Source of the DNA: an uncultured delta proteobacterium
GTDB lineage: Bacteria; Desulfobacterota; BSN033; UBA1163
DNA length: 64,000 bases
Direction of reading: 5' to 3'
Assembly: GCA_963828805.1 (NCBI GenBank)
Contig: CAWHGS010000019.1
Span: forward strand, 7,089-71,088
This document shows, in pieces, positions 47,204 to 58,240 of the stretch (position 1 is the first letter of the stretch; the number at the start of each line of letters is the position of its first letter). A model generated the notes under the pieces. It worked only from the letters and a program-made list of their open reading frames with translations, was not told where the DNA came from and did no database searches. The translations under genes were made by a program, and so were the position numbers.

Positions 47204-48089
47204 CGGGCAGCATCCTACAGAGAGACCCGAATGTTTTTTAGGGAGTATCCAAACAAATTTGTTTTGGCTTCCGTCATCATGGGAGGAGCCATCTTCTGTG
47301 CCCTTTTCGCTCCCTGGTTGCGCGCCGCATGATCCCGTGAAGGCGGACCTGGGCGCCCGCCTTATTCCGCCGTTCTTCCAGAAGGGAGGAAGCTGGCAAT
47401 CATCCGCTCGGGACGGATCACATCGGCCGGGACGTTCTGAGTCGGATCATTTACGGGGCGAGAATTTCTCTTGCGGTGGGATTCGTGTCGACGTTCGTCG
47501 GATTCCTGATCGGCGGGCTCCTTGGACTCCTTTCAGGCTATTTCGGCGGAAAAACGGACAGTGCTATCACGAAACTGATGGATATCCAGTTGTCCTTTCC
47601 CTTATCCGTATTTGCGATATTTGTGGTGGGTATCATGGGCCCGAATCTCATGAACGTCATCGTCATCTGCGGGATTACGAGATGGGTCATGTTTGCACGG
47701 GTGGTGCGGGGAGAGGTTCTCTCGGTTCGAGAGAAGGAATTTATCGAAGCGGCGAGGGGTATCGGATGCTCCACGCCCCGAATCCTTCTCCGTCATATCT
47801 TTCCCAATATCATTTCAAGCGTCCTTGTTCTGGCCACCCTCAATATTGGAACCATCATCGTTCTCGAATCGACGCTCAGCTTTCTGGGGCTCGGGGTTCA
47901 GCCTCCCACTCCGAGCTGGGGAAACATGCTGAACGATGGAAAGGCCTACATGGTCCAGGCCTGGTGGATTACGGCCCTGCCAGGGTTGGCGATTATGCTC
48001 GTTGTGTTGAGTGCGAACATGATCGGAGACTACCTGAGCGATCTGGTGAACCCGTACGCAAAACAACTGATGACCACATCGAAGAATAA
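47200..48089 (+). pseudogene. OppC/DppC-type ABC permease, frame-broken
   Basis: Pieces read as ...[17 protein letters not shown]..., [22 protein letters not shown] and the long intact stretch at 47476 onward ([16 protein letters not shown]...[21 protein letters not shown]...). Both ends are approximate. Confidence 0.7.
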
Positions 48090-48107
48090 GGCAACGACCG
48101 ACGATTC

Positions 48108-49100
48108 ATGGGAAACGCGCATCGCTTACTCCGGCATCCGAGAATCTGCACGTCCATTTTCTGACGTTGAGAGGAACAGTCAGAGCCGTCAACGGGGTCG
48201 ATCTCACGGTTCGTGGAAGGGGGAGACGATCGGGATAGTGGGGGAGTCCGGCTGCGGAAAGACCATGACCGGTCTTTCCATTCTCCGGTTGATTCCGAGG
48301 CCGGCTGGAAGAATTGCCCGAGGGAGAAATTGAATTTGACGGGAAAAATCTGCTTGACCCTCACGGAACCTGAGATGCGGAAGATCCGGGGAAACCAGAT
48401 TTCGATGATTTTCCAGGATCCCATGACTTCACTTGAATCCCTGTTACAGTGTTGGCAATCAACTGGGAGAGGTCTTTCGGCTCCACCGGAAAGAATTGAG
48501 ACGGGATGAGATCAGGGAGCGGTGTGTGGAACTGCTTGAAACTGGTAGAGATTCCCATGCCTGAACTCCGCCTCCGGCAATACCCCCATGAATTGAGCGG
48601 TGGGATGCGCCAACGGATCATGATCGCTTCAGCGATTGCCTGCCGTCCCCGCATTCTCATTGCCGATGAGCCGACCACCGCTCTCGATGTAACCATTCAG
48701 GCTCAAATCCTCGAGCTGATCCACAAACTGAGAGAGGAGGTGAACACCTCGGTCCTGTTAATCACCCATAATCTCGGGTTAATGGCTGAAAATGCAGACC
48801 GGGTTGTGGTCATGTATGCAGGACGGATTGTCGAACAAGGCCCGGTCGATGAAGTGATTAACCATGCGGTCCATCCCTATACCCAGGGGCTATTCCGCTC
48901 TATTCCCCGGATGACAAAGGACTTCAAAGAAATGAAGCAGCGTCTCATTGAGATTCCCGGAGTCGTTCCCAGCTTGCTCGCCTTACCCCGGGGATGTGCC
49001 TTTGCCCCCCGCTGTTCGAAACGTGGTGCTATCTGCGACCAACAAGAACCAGAAAGGGTTGAAGTTGGACCTCGATCACGATGTCTGGTGTACCTTATGA
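48108..49100 (+). pseudogene. OppD-type ABC ATPase, frame-broken
   Basis: [71 protein letters not shown] and a C-terminal oligopeptide-ATPase extension, spread over at least 4 frames. The stop overlaps the oppF ATG (ATGA at 49097). Confidence 0.75.
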
Positions 49101-50065
49101 CTGGAAATTCCGAACTATTGGAAGTCACCCAGTTAAAGAAATATTTTCCCTACCGCATGGGGGTTTTCAAAAAGGCCCATATCAAAGCGGTGGATGATGT
49201 CTCCTTCGTTTTGAAAGAAGGAGAAACCCTTGGGCTCGTGGGAGAGAGTGGATGCGGAAAATCGACGACGGCTCGAGCCATACAGCGGCTGATTGAGCCT
49301 ACCGGAGGCCGGATCCTTTTTCAGGGGATGGATATTTGCTCTTTGAAGAGACGTGAACTCCGGCAAGTCCGAAAAGAGATGCAGATGATCTATCAGGACC
49401 CCTATGCCTCTCTGGACCCTCGGATGAGAATCGGAACGATCATGGGGGAACCCTTGGAGGTTCATCATGTCGCCCGAGGGAAAGAGAAAGAGGAAGGGTC
49501 CGGGATCTGTTACAGAAAGTGGGGCTGAAATCAGAGCACATGCGGAGTTATCCGAACGAACTCAGCGGCGGTCAAAGACAGCGCGTGGGAATTGCTCGAG
49601 CCCTGGCACTGCATCCCAAATTAATTGTAGCCGACGAACCGGTATCCTCCCTGGATGTGTCCGTTCAAGCCCAGGTGCTGAACCTGCTTAAGGAACTCCA
49701 GACGCAATTCGGTTTATCCTATCTCTTCATCTCTCATGACTTGAGCGTGGTGACCCATGTGAGCGACCGAATTGCCGTCATGTATCTCGGACAGGATTGT
49801 TGAACTGGCAAGGGATGAGGATCTGTATTTTAATCCTCTCCATCCTTATACAAAGGCCCTTTTCTCTGCAGCTCCGATGGTTGACCGTTCTGCCCGACGG
49901 AAACGAATCCTCCTGCGGGGGGAGATCCCATCCATCCTCGCCCCGCCTCGGGGATGTTCATTCCATATGCGATGTGGTGAGAAGAAGAAGGTCTGCGAAA
50001 TGAAAGAACCTGAATTTCGGGACGTCGGACAGGGCCATTTTGTGGCCTGCCATTTATTTGAATAG
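49097..50065 (+). pseudogene. OppF-type ABC ATPase, frame-broken
   Basis: [55 protein letters not shown] and HPYTKALFSAAP...GHFVACHLFE, in 3 frames (breaks near 49500 and 49790). Confidence 0.75.
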
Positions 50066-50095
50066 GTAAAAGTTCACTGAAAAAGGAGGCTGTCC

Positions 50096-51226
50096 ATGAA
50101 GGGAAAACAGGGAAAAGAGATCAAGATCAAAGGGATCGAAACATATCCGGTCTATATTCCATTCAAAAGAGTCCATAAGATCTCCTTGGGAAGGGCGGGA
50201 GGCAGGGAAATCCTTTTGATTAGGATCCATACGGATCAAGGCATCACCGGAGTGGGTGAGGCCATCGCCCATCCTGCTTTTTCCGGAGAAACACTGGGAG
50301 GCCTCTTGGGCGCAATCCAATATCTGGAAGCATCCCTGATTGGAAAGAATTCCCTCAACATCAACGAAACCCTCATGCTGATGGATAAAACATTGTACGG
50401 AAACTACGGAGCTAAAGCCGCCATTGAAATGGCTCTCTTCGATATCATGGGAAAGTATCTCCAGGCCCCCCTGTGTGACCTCCTGGGAGGGAAGCTGCAA
50501 GATCGATTTCCCTTAAGTCGTTCTGCATCCCAGTCGAACCTTGAGGAGGACCTAAAGGATGTGAAACAATACCTGAAAGACGGATACAAAATCATTAAAA
50601 TTAAGGTGGGAGTTCTCTCTGTCGAACAGGATATCGAAAGGGTTAAAGCCATTCGCGAAATGATTGGACCCCCTATCTCACTTCGGGCCGATGCCAATAC
50701 GTCCTGGGATGTTCCCTCTGCGCTCCGATTTATTCAAGGGGTGGACGATTACCGATTAACCTTTATTGAGCAGCCTATTGCACGGGAAGATGTGGACGGC
50801 CTGGCTTATCTGAGAAGCAAGAGCTCTACTCCTATATTAGCTGATGAAGCTGCGGCCACAGAGCATGATATTTTGAAAATCATCGAAAAGAAAGCGGCAG
50901 ACTTCATTAGCGTCAAGGTCATCAAATCGGGTGGTATTGTAAAGTCCCGAAGAATTGCAGCTCTTGCCGAGTGTGCGGGGATTAGATGCTATCTGGGGTC
51001 TCAGATCGAGACCAGTGTGGGAACAGCCGCCAGCCTTCATTTTGTCCTTTCAGCCAATGAATTCCGTTACGGCGGGGAGATTTACGGCCCCATCTTTTTT
51101 GTGGAAGATGTCGTCAAGAAGTCCCTCAAGATCGACCGGGGATATATTTACCCTCCCGACGAACCCGGATTAGGGGTTGAATTGGATATGGACAAAATAA
51201 AAAAGTTCACCTGTAAAGTGTTCTAG
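50096..51226 (+). CDS. enolase-superfamily enzyme, muconate-lactonizing-enzyme subgroup (racemase, epimerase or cycloisomerase)
   Basis: 376-aa intact ORF with AAGGAGG RBS. YKIIKIKVG (KxK), RADANTSW, FIEQP, ILADE and SVKVIKSGG (second Lys). Confidence 0.8.
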   Translation: MKGKQGKEIKIKGIETYPVYIPFKRVHKISLGRAGGREILLIRIHTDQGITGVGEAIAHPAFSGETLGGLLGAIQYLEASLIGKNSLNINETLMLMDKTLYGNYGAKAAIEMALFDIMGKYLQAPLCDLLGGKLQDRFPLSRSASQSNLEEDLKDVKQYLKDGYKIIKIKVGVLSVEQDIERVKAIREMIGPPISLRADANTSWDVPSALRFIQGVDDYRLTFIEQPIAREDVDGLAYLRSKSSTPILADEAAATEHDILKIIEKKAADFISVKVIKSGGIVKSRRIAALAECAGIRCYLGSQIETSVGTAASLHFVLSANEFRYGGEIYGPIFFVEDVVKKSLKIDRGYIYPPDEPGLGVELDMDKIKKFTCKVF

Positions 51227-51313
51227 GGTGGAATCCAAGAAACTGCTCGGATTTCCTGAGAAACCATTGAACCTTCTACCCGACCAAGTAAATTTTATAG
51301 GTAAGGAGCTTCC

Positions 51314-52466
51314 ATGAAAATCACGAATATTAAAAGCTTCCTCTTTCGTCCTTCTTCGGAGAGGGGTTGGATGGGGCAGAATATCCAGAAACACTGGCTT
51401 TTTGTTAAGGTCGAGACAGATGAGGGAATCACGGGCTGGGGAGAATCTTTTACTCTCAAGGATCGCGAGAGAAGTATCGTTCAGCATATTTCCGAGTTGG
51501 TTCCCTACCTCATCGGGAGGGATCCCAATCAGATAAAGTATTTTACTCACATGATTTATGACAAGTTTGCCGAGAGACGGGGAGGGGCCGATCTCTACTG
51601 TGCCATGAGTGGAATTGAACAGGCCCTCTGGGATATCTTAGGCAAACGTCTTCATTCCCCCGTTTACGACCTCCTTGGAGGACCCTGTCATGAGAAAATC
51701 AGGGTCTATGCCAACGGATGGAGCCGCGGTGCCAAAACACCCCAGGAATTTGCCGAAAGGGCTTTAGAAGTTGTAGAGAAGGGCTTTACGGCCATTAAGT
51801 TCTATCCGGCATCTTTTCTGACCTCCAAGAACGAAAGAGAAGTGGAAAAGGCCGCTGTAGAGAACATGAAAGCCGTTCGTGCAGGCCGTCGGTGAAAATA
51901 TCGACATTCTTGTTGATGCCTGGCGGTTGCCAGAACCTGCTCAAGCGATTCGGATGGCTAAGAGGCTTGAGGAATTCAACCTCTTTTGGTATGAAGAGCC
52001 TGTTCCCTCTGAGAACATAGACGTATTGGCAGAGGTCAGGCAGGCCATCCCTGTGCCCATCGTGACGGGTGAATGTCTTTACACGAAATTTGAATTCAGG
52101 GAGGTACTGGAGAAGCGTGCTGCGGATATTCTCAATCCGGATGTTGGAAGCTGTGGAGGCATCCTCGCACTAAAGGAGATTGCCGCGATGGCCGAGCCTT
52201 ATTATGTCAAGGTTTCTCCCCACAACTTCAATAGTACAACGATCGCTCTGGCTGCAACCATTCAGGTCTCTGCGACTTTGCCCAATTTCCTCATTGCCGA
52301 GTATTTCGTCAATTTCGAAGAGGCCGGCAATTCGATCGTGCAGAACCCTTTCAAAGTGGAGGAAGGATATATTAAGCTGCCCGCCCAACCTGGCCTGGGG
52401 CTCGAATTGGATGAGGCGGTATTAAGAAAACACCCCTTTCAGGAGTTTCCACCAAGGGGATGGTAA
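51314..52466 (+). CDS. enolase-superfamily enzyme, mandelate racemase/galactonate dehydratase-like (one frame break near 51881)
   Basis: ORFs 51314-51895 and 51879-52466 join as ...ENMKAVR/QAVGENIDILVDAW... when one G is removed. VKVETDEGITGWGE, WYEEP, IVTGE and SPHN motifs. Confidence 0.75.
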
Positions 52467-52508
52467 GTTTCAACCCGGAACTTGAAAGAAAATGGACCGG
52501 ACAACCGG

Positions 52509-54020
52509 TTAGCGACTGCCTGAAGCCAATTTCCGGGCAGTGTTTAGCAGGAGGTTCTCTGCCCGACGTCTCTTTTCTCCTCTTCTCTCTAGATTCTTTT
52601 CTTCTTTGAAAAGGTCTTCAAGGGCTTCTTCAGCCAGCCGTTTTACTTCGGCGGAGGCAGTCCCTCCGGGCAAACTCCTTCGCTCAACGCATGCCTCCGG
52701 GAGTAAGGCGGATCGAACCTGGTTTTCCTTCAGCTTGATGGGGTGGCCGATAATTTTAATGGCTTCCTTGTCTACGGTTTGTGCAGTGATGTCCTCCGGT
52801 CTTTTCCCTTTTTGAATCATCGAATCGACCACACCCGCTACAATATGATGGGCCGTACGGAAAGAGACTCCTTTTTCTTTGACCATGAGATCAACCAGAT
52901 CCGTGACTGTTGAAAAAAAGGCACCTGAAAACTCCTTCATCCGATCCACTCGAAACCTCAGGCTCTTCATAAGACCGGGCAGGACGGAAACGACAGAAGA
53001 GGTTGTTTCTAACGCTCCCCAAACAGCGGGCATCACCTCACCGGCCACGTCCCGACTGTGAGTGAACGGAACACCCTTCAGGGTTGTTAAAAGAGCCATT
53101 AGGTTTCCAAAAACATGACCTGCTCTGCCACGGCAATGTTCGAGGATGAAGGGATTCTTTTTCTGCGGCATGATGCTGCTGATTTCGGAATACTCATCCC
53201 CCATCTCAATAAATCCGAATTCGTAAGTATTCCAAAGATAGAGGTCTCCAGAGAGACGACTCAGGTCGCAGCTGGTCATGGCAAGGGCAGAAACGATGTC
53301 AAAGGCATAATCCCGTGAGGCCACAGCATCGAGTGCATTGGGGACAATGTTCCTGAACCCGAGAAGAGAAGCGGTTCGATAACGGTCAATCGGGAAAGTG
53401 ACTCCTGCAAGAGCTCCTGTTCCAAGAGGGCAGTTGTCGAGAGATTGAAAGGCATTTTCGAGCCGCCATGCATCACGGCTCAAGGCATAGGCGAAGCCCA
53501 CAAAATAGTGTCCTAGGCTGATGGGCTGTGCGTGTTGGAGATGGGTATATCCGGGCATGACGCTCTTGGCGTAGGCCTGAGCCAATTGCAGGATGATTTT
53601 TCTAAGCTCGATGAACTTTTTGAGAAGCTGGTCCAAGGGATCTCTCAGAGCCATGCGCTGACCCGTTGCGATGAGGTCATTACGACTTCTTCCCGTGTGC
53701 ATCCTGCCTCCAATATCCTCTCCAATTTGATCGATGATATAGCGTTCGAGATCGAGGTATAACTCCCCGCCGATGCCCGGTTTAACGCGAGCCGGATCCC
53801 CTTTTTCAAGGTCCAGTAACACACTTAAGATAACCCTGGCATCTTTAGGCTCCAGCAGACCTCTCTCCTGAAGCATGATGACGTGAGCGATATTGATGTG
53901 GTTGAAGGGTTTAAATAATCGATGATGGTTGGTATACCAGATCGGAAGGGTCATCCATTCTACAACTTCTTTTGCTAACCCTTTCTTTAATCGTCCGCGG
54001 ACTAAAGCTTCTTTTCCCAT
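52509..54020 (-). CDS. argininosuccinate-lyase-family C-N lyase, divergent paralog 2
   Basis: ORF 52509-54371. Likely start at 54020 (MGKEALVRGRLKKGLAKEVVEW, after AAGGAAG). PGYTHLQHAQPISLGHY, EISSIMPQKKNP and a charged helical C-terminal tail. Confidence 0.8.
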   Translation of the reverse strand: MGKEALVRGRLKKGLAKEVVEWMTLPIWYTNHHRLFKPFNHINIAHVIMLQERGLLEPKDARVILSVLLDLEKGDPARVKPGIGGELYLDLERYIIDQIGEDIGGRMHTGRSRNDLIATGQRMALRDPLDQLLKKFIELRKIILQLAQAYAKSVMPGYTHLQHAQPISLGHYFVGFAYALSRDAWRLENAFQSLDNCPLGTGALAGVTFPIDRYRTASLLGFRNIVPNALDAVASRDYAFDIVSALAMTSCDLSRLSGDLYLWNTYEFGFIEMGDEYSEISSIMPQKKNPFILEHCRGRAGHVFGNLMALLTTLKGVPFTHSRDVAGEVMPAVWGALETTSSVVSVLPGLMKSLRFRVDRMKEFSGAFFSTVTDLVDLMVKEKGVSFRTAHHIVAGVVDSMIQKGKRPEDITAQTVDKEAIKIIGHPIKLKENQVRSALLPEACVERRSLPGGTASAEVKRLAEEALEDLFKEEKNLERRGEKRRRAENLLLNTARKLASGSR

Positions 54021-54258
54021 GGCAGCTTCCTTTCCCAATAGATTGACCTTGCTAGATCCCACCACCCCTCTCAAGAATCTATGCGGTGGCGAGATCTTAT
54101 CCATGAATCCAATATTTTTTGATTTCTTGCCAGAGGAAACTCCAACTAAAAAAATCAAGATCGGCGTTGAAAATGAGCTCGTAATGACCCGATTCTCAGG
54201 GATGCGATCGAGAGGTTGAGGAGAACCTTGATCAAGAAAGGGACGAAGAAATACTTTA

Positions 54259-54993
54259 TTACGGTTGACCTGCCATGAGATCCGGTCCTTGGTCCCCCCC
54301 GATTCCAAGTTGTTCTTCTTTGGTTCGGTCATCCCCGGCGAGCTCCTCCGGCAGGCCCTCGTAGACCACACGCCCCTTGGTCATGATGTAGACCTTGTCG
54401 GCAAGTTCCAGGGCCAGATGCAGGTTCTGCTCTACCAGCAAAATAGCCATGCCTTCGCTGCGCAGCCGCCGGATGGTTTCGGCGACCTGGCGCACCAGCA
54501 TGGGCGCCAAACCTTCCGAGGGCTCATCGAGAAGGAGTAGCCTGGGATGGGTCATCAGCGCGCGACCGATGGCCAGCATCTGCTGCTCTCCGCCGCTCAA
54601 CTGGCTTCCACGGTTCCGGTGTCGCGCCGCCAGGTTGGGGAAGAGGGAGTAGACCCGGCTAAGCGTCCAATCGCCCTGATGGGAGGGGTCGACCCCGATC
54701 ATCAGGTTCTCTTCCGCGGTCAATGTCGGGAAGATCAGCCTGCCCTGGGGCACGAGGCCGACTCCCATGCGGGTGATCAGGTGCGTAGGCGTTGCGGTGA
54801 TGTCGACGCCGGCGAGCACGATCGACCCGGAGGCGGCCGGCGTTAGCCCCATGATGGAGCGCACCAACGTTGTCTTTCCCACGCCGTTGCGCCCCAGGAG
54901 GGCAACGAGGGAACGATCCGGCACGTCCAGCGAGACGCCCTGCAGGACATAACTGCTGTCGTAATAGGTTTCGACATCGCGGATTTCCAGCAT
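54259..54993 (-). CDS. livF: ABC ATP-binding protein, LivF type (GC-rich paralogous operon)
   Basis: 244 aa with GRNGVGKTT, LSGGEQQMLAIG and LLLLDEPSEGL. Confidence 0.85.
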   Translation of the reverse strand: MLEIRDVETYYDSSYVLQGVSLDVPDRSLVALLGRNGVGKTTLVRSIMGLTPAASGSIVLAGVDITATPTHLITRMGVGLVPQGRLIFPTLTAEENLMIGVDPSHQGDWTLSRVYSLFPNLAARHRNRGSQLSGGEQQMLAIGRALMTHPRLLLLDEPSEGLAPMLVRQVAETIRRLRSEGMAILLVEQNLHLALELADKVYIMTKGRVVYEGLPEELAGDDRTKEEQLGIGGDQGPDLMAGQP

Positions 54994-54996
54994 CGC

Positions 54997-55746
54997 TCAG
55001 GGCCCCCCGAGATAGATTTCTTGGACAAGCCGATTCGCGCGGATCTCGTCCAGCGGACCTTCGGCGATCATTTGTCCCTGACTGAGAACCGTCACGGTTT
55101 CGGCCAGCGCAAACGCCACATTCATATCGTGTTCGATGAATAGGAGGGTGATCTTCCGGGGCAGGGTGCGGAGCAGCGCCACGATCCGCGATACCTCGGC
55201 ACGGGCCAGGCCGGCGGTCGGCTCGTCCAGCAAGAGCAGACTGGGGCGGCTCGCCAGGGCCAACCCGATCTCGAGCTGACGCTGTTCCCCGTAGGCCAAC
55301 GAGCCGACCGGCACCGCCTCCCGTCCTGCAAGCCCTACCTGGTCCAGGATGTGATGCGCCTCCTCGACCAGCGCTCCAATCCGTTCGACGACGCGGCAGG
55401 GAATGTATTTCGTCCGTCGGATCCCCTGTACGGCCAGAATGGCGTTCTCAAGCGTGGTGAGCCTCGGGAAGAGGGTCGTCACCTGGAATGTCCGGGCGAT
55501 TCCCATCGCGGCGCGTCGGTACGGCGGGTAGTTCGTGATGTCCTGGCCGCGGAACGAGACGGTGCCGCTGCTCGGCGCGATCTCTCCCGAGAGGATCTTG
55601 AAAAGGGTGGTTTTTCCGGCGCCGTTCGGACCCAGAATCGCCTGTCGGATGCCCTCGCGAACATTCAGGTTGATTCCTGCAAGGGCCTCGAGTCCCCCAT
55701 ACCTCTTGCCCACGCCGGATACTTGCAGACAGAGTTGACCGCTCAT
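54997..55746 (-). CDS. livG: ABC ATP-binding protein, LivG type (GC-rich operon)
   Basis: 249 aa with GPNGAGKTT, ARTFQ, LAYGEQRQLEIG and LLLLDEPTAGL. Confidence 0.85.
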   Translation of the reverse strand: MSGQLCLQVSGVGKRYGGLEALAGINLNVREGIRQAILGPNGAGKTTLFKILSGEIAPSSGTVSFRGQDITNYPPYRRAAMGIARTFQVTTLFPRLTTLENAILAVQGIRRTKYIPCRVVERIGALVEEAHHILDQVGLAGREAVPVGSLAYGEQRQLEIGLALASRPSLLLLDEPTAGLARAEVSRIVALLRTLPRKITLLFIEHDMNVAFALAETVTVLSQGQMIAEGPLDEIRANRLVQEIYLGGP

Positions 55747-55841
55747 CTGGGTCCTCCGACCGGAACGTGCCCCGTCCCGCTCTTTGCGGGATAGGCGGGG
55801 TCAAGGGGCACAATGTGAAATGAAATCACCTTACCGGGAAG

Positions 55842-55860
55842 CCCCGGCCTGTGGCCGGGG
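55842..55860 (-). promoter_or_regulatory. intercistronic GC stem-loop after SBP gene (GC-rich operon)
   Basis: CCCCGGCC TGT GGCCGGGG, a perfect 8-bp stem in the 184-bp gap between the SBP stop and the livG start. Confidence 0.5.
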
Positions 55861-55930
55861 AGCTTCGCTTGCGGGCGCAGCCGCAGATCGTTGTCGGCGC
55901 ATGGCCGGGAGCGTCCCGGCGAATGCGAGA

Positions 55931-57212
55931 TCACTGACAGTTTGTGCAGGGAGGATAATCCCGCGAGTAAACCGGCTTATTCAAGAATACCGATGGGTCA
56001 TACGTCCAGAACTGTGACACGTTGGGTAGCGTAGCGATGACCGTGTTCTGGAGTTCCCCTTTGACCCGGTCCACCCGACGGATGTACTCATTCTCGACGA
56101 CCCCGCCGTACGGATCGAAGCTGATCGGACCTCGCGGAGCGTCGGAGATCTTGACGGCTCGAATGGCATCGACGAGTTCCTTTCCCCCTCCGGGTTTCCC
56201 GCCGGTATTCTCCAACGCTTTGGCGATGACCTGACCCGTTACATAGCCCGCTTCAGCCCGGTAGCCCGGTGCATCCTTGTACTCCTCCTTGAACTTCTTA
56301 ACGAAGGCCTGGGCCTCGGGTGTCTGGAGTACCGCGCTCCAGTGGAGCACTGTGAACAGGCCCGACAGCCTCATCCCCCATGGACTTCAAGACCGCTTCA
56401 TCGGTGACGGCGGCCAATCCGTAGAGGGGGTACTTGTCCTTCAATCCAAACTCGTCCCATTGCAGCAGGAAACGAACGGCGTTACCCCCGGACTGCGCTA
56501 CGACGACGGCATCCACATCCTTCTTGATCTGAGGAAAATAGGGCGCGAAATCCGACGTGGTCTGGGGCGTCCAGATCTTCTGGACAACCTTGCCGCCCGC
56601 ATCTTCGAAGGCCCGCTGGAAACCGCCGACGTTCTCCCACCCGAAGGCGTAGTCGTAGGCGATGATGGCAACGCGCCGCTTGCCCTGGTCGTAGGCCCAC
56701 TTGCCCAACGCGTGCGCCGGCTGGCTGGAGGTCCATCCGGTGCGGATGATCCAGGGCGTGCGCTTGCGTTGAGTGATATCATCGCCGGAGACGACCGGGA
56801 ACAGGCAGGGCGCCTTTGCCCGATCGATGTAGTCTCGGACGGCATAGCCTTCGTTCGCGAGGGTCGGGCCTACGAGAAGGTCAGCCTTATCCTGCTCGAC
56901 CAGCTTGCGTGCTTTCGCCAGCGCGGTATTGGGATCGCCCGAGGTATCCTCCACGATCACCGTGATCTTTCGACCGCCTGCCGTGTAGTTGATTCCCTTG
57001 AGGAAAAGCGTCAGACCACTGAGTGTATCCTTGCCGCTTGAGGCAAAGTTGCCGGTCAGCGCGCCGTAAAACCCGAGCTTGAGGGGCGGCAGACTGCCGA
57101 CGGGGGACGGTGTGCTGGCGGCAGCAGCAACCTGCGGTGGCGCGGCCATTAGACTCGGACCTGCGACGAGGACAACGACCAGAAGCGTGAACAGGGCGTG
57201 TCTTGGTTTCAT
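55931..57212 (-). CDS. LivK-type substrate-binding protein with C-terminal CxxC (one frame break near 56360)
   Basis: ORFs 56298-57626 and 55931-56374 join as ...SMGDEAVG/LFTVLHWSAVLQTPEAQAFVKKF... when one base is removed. Start MKPRHALFTLLVVVLVAG at 57212 (ATGA overlap with the livM stop). It ends in YSRDYPPCTNCQ. Confidence 0.8.
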
Positions 57213-58237
57213 GATTTGCCTCCTGACTGGATGTGAGTTGCCGGCGTTCTCTCCACGTTCTTTCCTTGGGATCGGTCTGATCGCTGGGGAGCGCCGGAGT
57301 TGATTCGAACCATGAGACGGCTCATCATTCCCATGAGGCCGCCCGGCAGGAACATCACGGTGGCGATGTACACGACACCCAGCACCATCATCCATCGCTG
57401 GGTGACCGAACTCATGATCTGACGCATGACGACAATGACGGCTGCCCCGAGACATGGGCCAATGAGCGTGCCCGGCCCGCCGAGGATGACCATCAAGATC
57501 GCGGTCGCCGAGTTGCTGATGGCCAGGGCTTCCGGACTGACGAAACCGGTCAGGTTGGCATTGAGGATTCCTGCCAGTCCCCCGAAGAAGGCGGAGGTGA
57601 GGTACGCCAGGTACTTGTGCAGCCATGTGTGATAGCCGAGCACCTGCATGCGGATTTCCCGCTCACGGATGCCGCGCCAGCTCAGTCCGAAGGGCGAACG
57701 CACGAGCAGGCTGAGCGCCGCCACCGCGATGGCGAACACGACGAAGACGAAGTAGTAATAGGCAAGGGAGCTTTCGAGGCGTCCGACCAGGGGAAGTTCG
57801 GGGCGCATCGGGATCGATAGGCCGTTATCACCGCCTGTTACCGTAGACCACCGATAGGCCAATCCCCAGAGGGCCTGTCCGAGTGCCAGGGAAATCATGA
57901 TGAACGGCAACCCGGAGGTGCGCAGGGCGATGGCTCCGAAGATCATTGCGACCAGCAGGACCACGGCCAGTGCGAGCAGCCCGCTCCCCCAGAAGGACTG
58001 GCCCAGCCGCAGAGCGCTGATGACGGCGGCATAGGCCCCCACCCCGAAAAAGGCGGCGTGACCGAACGAGGTGTACCCCAGGTAGCCGATCAGAACGTCC
58101 AAACTCATCGCGAAGATGGCGAAGATCAGGACGGACGTGAGAACAAAGACGGGATAACTGGGCAGGAAGATCGGGAGCACCCCGAGCGCCAGGATGCTCA
58201 CGATCACCGTCAACACTTGAGCCCTTCGCCACGCCAT
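57209..58237 (-). CDS. livM: ABC permease, LivM type (GC-rich operon)
   Basis: 342-aa polytopic ORF, collinear with the paralog at 11279-12235. Confidence 0.85.
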   Translation of the reverse strand: MAWRRAQVLTVIVSILALGVLPIFLPSYPVFVLTSVLIFAIFAMSLDVLIGYLGYTSFGHAAFFGVGAYAAVISALRLGQSFWGSGLLALAVVLLVAMIFGAIALRTSGLPFIMISLALGQALWGLAYRWSTVTGGDNGLSIPMRPELPLVGRLESSLAYYYFVFVVFAIAVAALSLLVRSPFGLSWRGIREREIRMQVLGYHTWLHKYLAYLTSAFFGGLAGILNANLTGFVSPEALAISNSATAILMVILGGPGTLIGPCLGAAVIVVMRQIMSSVTQRWMMVLGVVYIATVMFLPGGLMGMMSRLMVRINSGAPQRSDRSQGKNVERTPATHIQSGGKS

Positions 58238-58240
58238 CGG

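Noticed and set aside
47476-49528. Apparent OppC-OppD and OppD-OppF fusion proteins (ORFs 47476-48333 and 48506-49528).
   Set aside because: The fusions arise only because frame errors remove the natural stops. Domain order and the ATGA overlap at 49097 show separate genes.
54021-54371. Long N-terminal extensions of track ORFs: 52509-54371, 56298-57626, 32677-34197, 36864-39203, 62291-63724 and 15375-17255.
   Set aside because: The extensions overlap upstream genes or lack family similarity. Internal starts with good RBS and homology-consistent N-termini were used instead.
57296-57316. GATTCGAACC, the reverse complement of the tRNA T-loop consensus GGTTCGAATC, which suggested a minus-strand tRNA.
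   Set aside because: The flanking bases do not form a T-stem or an acceptor stem, and the site lies inside the livM2 coding sequence. I recognised no other tRNA-like T-loops.
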